This document shows, piece by piece, positions 57,403 to 64,000 of a stretch of DNA of 64,000 bases; positions within the stretch are counted from its first letter, which is position 1, and every line of letters starts with the position of its first letter. The stretch is from IMG/VR virus record IMGVR_UViG_3300033049_000066, positions 62,001-126,000 of that record; one strand, written 5' to 3'. Both the position numbers and the translations under genes were made by a program. The notes beneath the pieces are model-generated. The model had not been told where the DNA came from and did no database searches. It saw only the letters and a program-made list of their open reading frames with translations.

Positions 57403-57665
57403 TGAAAAAACGACCAAAATTATGGGATGAATACGACGCAGAGGATGCACGTACTATGCCTGTACCCAACGGGCAGTGGAAATTAAAACGTACGTGGAAA
57501 TTACAAAAGTGTAAGGTAACTAGCGTGTTAATTCTTCCAAGCACTATGGCGTGGTGTAAGAGATTTCGCAACGCACAAAATGGCCTGCGACTGCCTGATG
57601 TTTGGGTAACGGAAGAGGCATATCTATTTGAAAAATTAAAAGGCTCAAAAAGATTGACAGACTAG
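57399..57665 (+). CDS. small protein, tandem family member 5
   Basis: LQKCKVTSVLILP...WV...KLKG. Confidence 0.6.
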   Translation: MMKKRPKLWDEYDAEDARTMPVPNGQWKLKRTWKLQKCKVTSVLILPSTMAWCKRFRNAQNGLRLPDVWVTEEAYLFEKLKGSKRLTD

Positions 57666-57682
57666 TAGAAAAAGTTTATACT
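57654..57682 (+). promoter_or_regulatory. sigma70-like promoter
   Basis: TTGACA-N17-TATACT. Confidence 0.65.
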
Positions 57683-57746
57683 ATATAGATAATAATTCGC
57701 TACGGTGAGAACCTTGTAACGAAGATGAACTAAAGGAATTATATAA

Positions 57747-58151
57747 ATGTTTAAAACAATAAAAGCAGCATGGCGCGTATGGCGTAGAAAAGATATTAAC
57801 GGCATCATTAAAGTTAAGAAACGCACAACAAAAGAAATTGCCGAGCATTTAGCAATGATGCAGCGACAGAAGGATGCAGCCACTGATCGTGATGAGCCGT
57901 GGGTCGGTATGCTCGACATGGACGTCGACTACAACAATTTAAACGCTGGCAGTTTTAATCTTGACTGGAATGACAAATTCATCGCGCAGCTAGCACGGGC
58001 TGGCTATGTTGGTGCGGTTGATGCAGATCTAATTGACCAATGGTTTACGGATGTTTGCAGAAACGTGGTACTAGAAACATACGAACAAGTCCAAGCAGAT
58101 CCGATAAATAGGGCAAAAGACTTGGGCAACGGCCGTCGGTCATACAAATAA
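57747..58151 (+). CDS. hypothetical protein
   Basis: AAGGA RBS, 134 aa. Confidence 0.7.
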   Translation: MFKTIKAAWRVWRRKDINGIIKVKKRTTKEIAEHLAMMQRQKDAATDRDEPWVGMLDMDVDYNNLNAGSFNLDWNDKFIAQLARAGYVGAVDADLIDQWFTDVCRNVVLETYEQVQADPINRAKDLGNGRRSYK

Positions 58152-58161
58152 AGGAGCAACC

Positions 58162-58551
58162 ATGTCCCGAAAACTAACTATGTCGTGTCGATCATTTTAT
58201 GATTTAAAGAACAAAATCGATGCAATAAAAGGGGTTCGCACAGTTACAAACTCATCCCTAAGAGAAGCAAAAGCTCTAGTTGAAGGTATTACACCTGGAC
58301 ACAGCGAAACATTGCACGTCACCCACAAATTACTCGGTCACGATTTTTCAGAGGGGGTGCGATTAATTAAAGCTAGTGGATTAACTGTACAAGTTAGTCG
58401 TATTGAACCAGCTGACGAGATTGTTCGAGGTGATATAGCAGACCAGATACGACAGATAATAACGTTCGCGACAATGGCGGCGCAATACGACATTAGCAAA
58501 TCATTGCTAGATGTTTTGGAAACACACTGCACGGTACATATAGAAGAATAA
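58162..58551 (+). CDS. protein with a ribosomal bL12 (L7/L12) C-terminal-like domain
   Basis: KIDAIKGVRTVTNSSLREAKALVEG resembles bL12 KIxVIKxVRxxTGLGLKEAKxLVE. Confidence 0.65.
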   Translation: MSRKLTMSCRSFYDLKNKIDAIKGVRTVTNSSLREAKALVEGITPGHSETLHVTHKLLGHDFSEGVRLIKASGLTVQVSRIEPADEIVRGDIADQIRQIITFATMAAQYDISKSLLDVLETHCTVHIEE

Positions 58552-58563
58552 ACGGAGAAAATA

Positions 58564-58920
58564 ATGGATGAAAACGTACGATTTGAAAAAACTGAATGGG
58601 CAGATGACGAGGCGGCAATAGCTAATAGTCAAGCTGCTAATTTAGAGAAGAAACATGCCCGTGGCACCTCACATCGCGATGTGAACACGAAGGAAGTTAG
58701 TGATGGTAGCTCAGCGGACTATTACATCCTCCCGGCTGGTGCTAAGCAGCTTCAAGATTTAATTAGTCATCGCAACATGAATTCGCAAATTGGGGAAATC
58801 TTTAGAGAAAGTTATCGTTACGGTCTAGCAGCACATTGCGATCAAATGCGTGGCGCGAAGAAAATACAATTTTACATAAAGGCGGAAATTGCGCGCCTTG
58901 AGAAACTAGGATTACAATGA
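58564..58920 (+). CDS. DUF3310-like phage protein
   Basis: GSSADYY...LQDLI...GEIF...YRYG...AKKIQFY pattern. Confidence 0.5.
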   Translation: MDENVRFEKTEWADDEAAIANSQAANLEKKHARGTSHRDVNTKEVSDGSSADYYILPAGAKQLQDLISHRNMNSQIGEIFRESYRYGLAAHCDQMRGAKKIQFYIKAEIARLEKLGLQ

Positions 58921-59987
58921 AATATTTAATAGTCGACACAATGAATTTATTCTTCCGGGCACGGCATGTTGTACACCGCGGCGCCGACCTCTCAGAAAAG
59001 CTCGGGCTAAGCATGCACATGATGATCGCTGCTGCGAACAAGCTCGCGAGGCGTGAAGGCATTGACCACGTTGTCTTCGCCTTAGAGGGTGGTAACAACT
59101 GGCGTAAGGATGTGTATCCGCCGTACAAGAAACAGCGAGCAGACGCACGACAGAAGCGCACAGAGGCCGAGGTTGAGGAAGATACACTGTACTTTGAGGT
59201 GTACAATCAATTCGTTGAATATCTAAATGAAAAAACAAACGCTTCCGTTATCGCGGTCCCGGGCATCGAAGGCGATGATGTTATCGCAAGATTTATCGCC
59301 CTGCATCCGGATGACGAACACATGATTCTAAGTAGTGATACAGACTTTTATCAGCTTATTAATGAAAGGATACACATGTACAATGGCATAACGAAAGAGC
59401 TAATTACCGATAAGGGTAACTTTGACGACAACAACAAACCTATTATGGATAAGAAAACCCAACAGTTCAAGCACATTGGCGATCCTGAATGGTTATTGTT
59501 TGAAAAGTGTATACGTGGTGATAAGTCCGACAATATCTTTAGTGCGTATCCGGGCGTAAGAAAGAAAGGCACAAAAAATAAAACTGGGTTGATTGAAGCA
59601 TTTGCCGATAAAGATAAGAAGGGTTTTAACTGGAATAATTTAATGTTACAACGATGGACTGATCACCTCGGCGAGGAACACAGGGTACTTGACGATTACG
59701 AGCGCAATTGTAAATTGATTGATTTGTCGCGTCAACCACAGGACATCATCAACAAGGTGGATGAAGCAATCATCAACGCATTATTAATAAATAGCACAAC
59801 TCCAATATTACCAAGGGACGTAGCATTTCAGTTTATGAAATTCTGCGGTGTACACGACTTAGTCAGATTATCCGAGCACCCCGAATCTGTTGTTAAGTGG
59901 ATGGCAAAAGCATACGATGGACACATTGTAAATTTATCAGGAATAGACGAATGGAAGACATACAAAAAATTAGGGCAAAGTCAGTAA
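58917..59987 (+). CDS. rnh: 5'-3' exonuclease / T4-type RNase H
   Basis: LIVDTMN, WRKDVYPPYK, EGDDVIA, SSDTDFYQL, GDKSDNI. Confidence 0.92.
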   Translation: MKYLIVDTMNLFFRARHVVHRGADLSEKLGLSMHMMIAAANKLARREGIDHVVFALEGGNNWRKDVYPPYKKQRADARQKRTEAEVEEDTLYFEVYNQFVEYLNEKTNASVIAVPGIEGDDVIARFIALHPDDEHMILSSDTDFYQLINERIHMYNGITKELITDKGNFDDNNKPIMDKKTQQFKHIGDPEWLLFEKCIRGDKSDNIFSAYPGVRKKGTKNKTGLIEAFADKDKKGFNWNNLMLQRWTDHLGEEHRVLDDYERNCKLIDLSRQPQDIINKVDEAIINALLINSTTPILPRDVAFQFMKFCGVHDLVRLSEHPESVVKWMAKAYDGHIVNLSGIDEWKTYKKLGQSQ

Positions 59988-60424
59988 TAAAAAACAAGTT
60001 CTGGATCCTTCAACAAAACAATGTTAAGGTAGGACAGGCTAAACGAACCAACAAAAATATTGAAATTCGCATATACGGTTCTCCAGTTGGCAGGTACGCA
60101 AATTTTGCTGAGATGAAAAAGTCTGGCTTGTTTGAATTTACAGAACTGCCAAAGGCGGACGCTACCCCTAGCGAAGATGTACACGGGTACCCTATCGCGG
60201 GGATTGCGTACAACGCGGTATGGAATGTAAAATATAAACTGCCGTTGTATACGCAATCCTCGGACAGCAAATCATGGTTCGCTGCCGGCTATTATAAAGT
60301 TAATATAAATGGGATCTGGATAGTTCAATTATGCCCAAAACTTATATCATTGCAACGAAACACATACGAAGGACCATTCCGGACAAGCCCTGGGCTCAAT
60401 CAGTACAACGAGATATTTGAATGA
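59951..60424 (+). CDS. hypothetical protein
   Basis: ORF overlapping the end of rnh; start uncertain. Confidence 0.6.
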   Translation: MEDIQKIRAKSVIKNKFWILQQNNVKVGQAKRTNKNIEIRIYGSPVGRYANFAEMKKSGLFEFTELPKADATPSEDVHGYPIAGIAYNAVWNVKYKLPLYTQSSDSKSWFAAGYYKVNINGIWIVQLCPKLISLQRNTYEGPFRTSPGLNQYNEIFE

Positions 60425-60588
60425 GTGACGATGAGCTATTAGTACTAATAAAATACGGCACCAAGGGTACTGCTATATTTCAGTGGTGGGGCAGAACCCC
60501 CACCACTGAAGACCAATGGGAACTCGCAATAGTAAAGCATTGGCAGTACGTAGCACATCTAACACGTCAAGGGAGAACAAAGGAATGA
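60421..60588 (+). CDS. small hypothetical protein (55 aa, not in the ORF track)
   Basis: ATGA overlaps at both ends. Confidence 0.45.
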   Translation: MSDDELLVLIKYGTKGTAIFQWWGRTPTTEDQWELAIVKHWQYVAHLTRQGRTKE

Positions 60589-60806
60589 GCGGATTACATA
60601 TTTCACGATTTATTGATAAGATAAAGATGTTTGAGGCGAAAAACGCAAAAACATTCACTATGTCAATTCGCGACGCGAAAGATCTACATGCTGATATAAC
60701 AAAACTGCTAATTGGACTCCAGGTATTACAAGCTGTAAAACCTAAGGTTGAACCCGACGAAGTGCAACAGATTGAAATATCTGGTGGTGGCTTTATTGAT
60801 AAATAA
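60585..60806 (+). CDS. hypothetical protein
   Basis: MSGLHISRFIDKI...IEISGGGF. Confidence 0.6.
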   Translation: MSGLHISRFIDKIKMFEAKNAKTFTMSIRDAKDLHADITKLLIGLQVLQAVKPKVEPDEVQQIEISGGGFIDK

Positions 60807-60841
60807 TGTACGTACATTATATACCCACAGAGGAATCAATA

Positions 60842-61129
60842 ATGGCAAGACCGAAACCTAAAATTATAGCTGAGGTAACAAACAAAGCAACATACAAAAC
60901 CGACCAAATACTAGCAAGTGATGGAGTATGGGCGGTTTATTTCCAAAACCGGGCAATTAACATAAAGACGCAAAATATGCTAGTTCAGTACCCCGGCCCC
61001 AAGTATAAGAAAGTATCCTTTAGCAACAAAGGTCACGCAATTAACCTAGCTAAGAAGCTCAATCGACAATTTAAATCCGACGAGTTCACAGTTATGTTTT
61101 TATCCGAGGGCGAGCAGGTTTATCCGTAA
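60842..61129 (+). CDS. hypothetical basic protein
   Basis: GAGG RBS, MARPKPK. Confidence 0.65.
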   Translation: MARPKPKIIAEVTNKATYKTDQILASDGVWAVYFQNRAINIKTQNMLVQYPGPKYKKVSFSNKGHAINLAKKLNRQFKSDEFTVMFLSEGEQVYP

Positions 61130-61470
61130 TGGATAAACGTACCATCACTGAAGAAGTTTTAAAGGAGATAGATTCTCAGTACGATTTAGAATCAGCGCTA
61201 AAATCTTGGTGGTGGTTCAGCTACAGCAACGTCAATTCTGTCAGATTAACAAAAGCCGGTCATGCCGCAATTAATCAGGTTATGAAACCTTTTGTCTTTG
61301 ATTGTACGCTAAACAACACTGGCACCGGCATAAAGCAACTAATTAAGCTAGGCACTCCATTCTATGCTGATTTTCAAAATCAGCAAATCACTATATATAG
61401 TGCAAAATTAGCAACAATGATAAAAATATATCCGAGCTTTAATAGATACATTGAAATAATAAACAAATAA
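61129..61470 (+). CDS. hypothetical protein
   Basis: 113 aa, translationally coupled. Confidence 0.6.
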   Translation: MDKRTITEEVLKEIDSQYDLESALKSWWWFSYSNVNSVRLTKAGHAAINQVMKPFVFDCTLNNTGTGIKQLIKLGTPFYADFQNQQITIYSAKLATMIKIYPSFNRYIEIINK

Positions 61471-61472
61471 TG

Positions 61473-61746
61473 TAAGTCATTGATTTATATAAGGTTCTAG
61501 CATTTATTAAATCAGAGTAATATATTGGTAAGTTATTGATTTATATAAGAATACTGGTTTTTAGCGGCGTTTTTGGCCGGCATTCACGTAGCAGTACCAG
61601 CAAAACATAACAAAAGAGCCCTTAAATAATCTAAAATAATCTTAAATATCTGCAATTAGAGGTTGACCTTTAGAGTTAGATGTCATATAATGTATATAAC
61701 AGTTAGGCAATGACGCTTTAACGCAAATTAAGAGATAAAGATTATG
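61473..61746 (+). repeat. dispersed non-coding repeat, copy 3 with early promoter
   Basis: matches copy 1 through to the ATG; TTGACC(61663)-N17-TATAAT(61686). Confidence 0.9.
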
Positions 61747-62151
61747 CCAAAGATTACAAAATTAACTCGCGCAAACATTAACACACTTCGCAACGACATG
61801 GATGCTGCACTAGCATCAGTTCTTAAAACCCATGGTCTTACTGCCGATTTAGGTCGCATGACTTTCTCAGATAGCGAAGTTCGCTGTAAATTAACAGTTA
61901 TTGTTGGTACAGGTAGTATAGAATCAGTTGCTACTATTAATCTTGCTGACGAACGTAAATTTAAGCAGTACGCAAGCAAATTTGGCTTAACTGGCTCAGA
62001 ATTTGGCAAGTCCTTTAAGGTACGTGGCAAAACATTCACTATTGTTCGCATTAATCCAAAAGCAAAAGTTGGCGGTTACCCAATTATCGCTAAAAACGCA
62101 AATGGCACATCTTATAAGTTTCCAGCATCATCAGCTATAGAGGCAGTATAA
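61744..62151 (+). CDS. hypothetical early protein
   Basis: first gene after the repeat promoter. Confidence 0.7.
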   Translation: MPKITKLTRANINTLRNDMDAALASVLKTHGLTADLGRMTFSDSEVRCKLTVIVGTGSIESVATINLADERKFKQYASKFGLTGSEFGKSFKVRGKTFTIVRINPKAKVGGYPIIAKNANGTSYKFPASSAIEAV

Positions 62152-62152
62152 C

Positions 62153-62581
62153 ATGAAAGCGTACACTACACTTATCGCAAACGCCCTTTATTGTAACGAG
62201 GAACGTGCTATTAACGTCGAGCGTTATATAAACGAAGGTAATATGATAAATTGGGCAGACGCAAGCGCCCAACTAATAAACACGATCGCTCGTGCTGTAA
62301 ATGAAAAACTAATACGTGAGGTGGTCGCTCGCCCAGCAAGGAAAACAGCAACCACTTCGGCGCCATCGGCTGCGAGGAAGGCTAAAGCCGCGCCGAAAGC
62401 CGCTAAGAAAGCGACAAAAACAGGCACGAAAATCGCACACGCTATGATAATTTACAAAGAAATGTTCGTAGATGGTACGCAGTGTAGTCGTCAGGACGTG
62501 ATTAGCGCACTAACAAACAGCATGGGCATTTCGCGCCAGCAAGCTGCTGGCTATTACCAGACCTGCAAGAAGAGAGTATAA
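62153..62581 (+). CDS. early protein with Ala/Lys-rich linker and HTH-like C-terminus
   Basis: ARKAKAAPKAAKKA; SRQDVISALTNSMGISRQQAAGYYQ. Confidence 0.6.
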   Translation: MKAYTTLIANALYCNEERAINVERYINEGNMINWADASAQLINTIARAVNEKLIREVVARPARKTATTSAPSAARKAKAAPKAAKKATKTGTKIAHAMIIYKEMFVDGTQCSRQDVISALTNSMGISRQQAAGYYQTCKKRV

Positions 62582-63408
62582 TGTTAAATAAAACAATAGC
62601 AAAAACGCTTACAGCACGTTACACTCTGCCTAATCGTACATTTGGACTTGGTACTAGCAAGGCAACCAGCAACGAGTGTCGCTTCCGCAGGTTAGTCACG
62701 AACATAATCGTTGGTGGCTCACTCGAGGAAAATGCACTAGCCGCCCAAGGAGATATATTTGAAAAATACAATGATTGCGAAGCGATTGCCGATGCAAGGC
62801 TTGGCATACTCACAGCAATTTTACAAGCAAATGGTATAAGATTTGCGAAGCGTAAGGCAGAGTACCTTATACAAACTGCTATAAACATTATGCATCAGCA
62901 CAAGGGACAAGTTCCGGACACTCGAGCGGCACTAGAGCGATTCCGTGGCGTTGGTCGACATGTTGCTAGCATCGTCTTAGCACTTGGATTTGGTCAAAAT
63001 CACTTCGCGGTTGATTTGCATGTAAAGCGGGTTGCGTATCGGTTAGGATTGGTGGGCAAAAAAGACTCAGAACGTGTAATTGAGAAGAAGCTTACCGAAG
63101 GGGTTGCTCCTGAGGATTGGGCAAAATACTCACGCGCATTTGTTGACTTCGGTAAAGAATTTTGTACAAAGACTCCAAATTGTAACAAATGCTTTCTGAA
63201 AAAGAAATGCGAAAAAGTCCAAGAACCCATTGCTACCGCTAAGAGTTCGGCGCAAGCAGTTAAAATTGGTGATGGCGTTTATAAAATTGTAGCAGGCAGT
63301 TCAGCAATTCCGTACAATGTTACAGTTAAACAAGGTGCAGTCTCGTGTAATTGCAAAGGCTACAGATTCCGTAGAACCTGCTCGCATCTTGCAGAAATTT
63401 CGCAATAA
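62581..63408 (+). CDS. HhH-GPD glycosylase (endonuclease III-like) fused to a SWIM Zn finger
   Basis: LERFRGVGRHVA, FAVDLHVKRV, CTKTPNCNKCFLKKKC (4Fe-4S), CNCKGYRFRRTCSH. Confidence 0.85.
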   Translation: MLNKTIAKTLTARYTLPNRTFGLGTSKATSNECRFRRLVTNIIVGGSLEENALAAQGDIFEKYNDCEAIADARLGILTAILQANGIRFAKRKAEYLIQTAINIMHQHKGQVPDTRAALERFRGVGRHVASIVLALGFGQNHFAVDLHVKRVAYRLGLVGKKDSERVIEKKLTEGVAPEDWAKYSRAFVDFGKEFCTKTPNCNKCFLKKKCEKVQEPIATAKSSAQAVKIGDGVYKIVAGSSAIPYNVTVKQGAVSCNCKGYRFRRTCSHLAEISQ

Positions 63409-63412
63409 TAGG

Positions 63413-63441
63413 TTGACACATAACACAAGTTCGTCTATAAT
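63413..63441 (+). promoter_or_regulatory. sigma70-like early promoter
   Basis: TTGACA-N17-TATAAT. Confidence 0.8.
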
Positions 63442-63470
63442 ACTATTATACAATACAGGATACAAGCACA

Positions 63471-63869
63471 ATGTCAACACCTAATCCAGAAATTGGGACA
63501 GTGATCACGCTTACAACTCGGTATTCGAACGAATACATGTTTGCGGATTCACAGTACAATGACACTACCTACGAAAATGTAACTGTATTGAGCCCAGAAC
63601 CATGGATGAAATCAGATCAAATAAAGATATCAAGTTGTACTGATCGGATGCCGTTCCGGGTTATTGCTATGAAAAATATTCATTCAATAGACAATACAGT
63701 AATTGAGTCATTTGTTTCCAGCATTAGAGAAATTCTAGTACAGGGTTCAAAAGATAATCAGTACACGGTTGTCGTAGATAACAGCATAGCAATATCATGT
63801 ACATGCCCAGGATACACATTCCGAGGTAAGTGTAAACATTTAACCGCAGCTGAACTAGAAGTAGCATGA
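63471..63869 (+). CDS. SWIM zinc-finger protein
   Basis: VQGSKDNQYTV...CTCPGYTFRGKCKH. Confidence 0.8.
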   Translation: MSTPNPEIGTVITLTTRYSNEYMFADSQYNDTTYENVTVLSPEPWMKSDQIKISSCTDRMPFRVIAMKNIHSIDNTVIESFVSSIREILVQGSKDNQYTVVVDNSIAISCTCPGYTFRGKCKHLTAAELEVA

Positions 63870-64000
63870 ATTCAGAGATTATCACAAAATGCAAGACTTT
63901 AGAAGCTCAAGTAATTATGTGTACCTTAAAAGGATTGAACACGAAAGCCATGTTATTACGCGGCATAATACAAGCTATTAAATATACACCCAAGAACGCA
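63866..64000 (+). CDS. hypothetical protein (partial, runs off the window)
   Basis: ATGA overlap; open to window end. Confidence 0.4.
   Translation, partial: MNSEIITKCKTLEAQVIMCTLKGLNTKAMLLRGIIQAIKYTPKNA

Noticed and set aside
1-64000. genome-wide stop-codon reassignment suggested by the UUA tRNA
   Set aside because: conserved genes are full length in the standard code and TAA, TAG and TGA all terminate genes at the expected positions
1-64000. bacterial chromosome origin (groES, dnaJ, clpA, folE, galE)
   Set aside because: these genes are interspersed with T4-like polymerase, clamp loader, RNase H, fibre genes and late promoters, and lack their usual bacterial operon partners such as groEL and dnaK

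Overview
A 64 kb segment of a large lytic dsDNA phage with a T4-like organisation, probably infecting a proteobacterium (inferred from a canonical GroES, IscA/ErpA genes and IHF-consensus sites). Genes are dense, almost all on the + strand, in the standard genetic code. There are two promoter classes: sigma70-like TTGAC-N17-TATAAT and T4-like late (C/A)TAAATA. In order, the window holds: tail/baseplate/fibre genes (1.1-7.9 kb); IscA, MazG, a DnaE fragment, GroES and a clamp loader; phoH split by an HNH homing-endonuclease element that carries a replacement 3' end; a helicase/methyltransferase cassette between long IHF-site/promoter repeats; dnaJ, a degenerate deformylase and clpA; a late block of likely capsid-packaged enzyme polyproteins (28-38 kb); a family B polymerase with a structured leader and a sliding clamp; a 7-deazaguanine DNA-modification locus without queC in the window (TGT/DpdA-like, DpdL-like, folE, queD, queE) interleaved with a glycosyltransferase, GalE, an apparently inactive DegT and a PRTase; a tRNA with an ochre-reading UUA anticodon; two families of small paralogues; RNase H; and an EndoIII-SWIM protein. 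The best candidates for new biology are the deazaguanine-plus-glycosylation locus, the UUA tRNA, the packaged polyproteins and the promoter-repeat cassettes. All calls come from motif reading only; no database searches were run.
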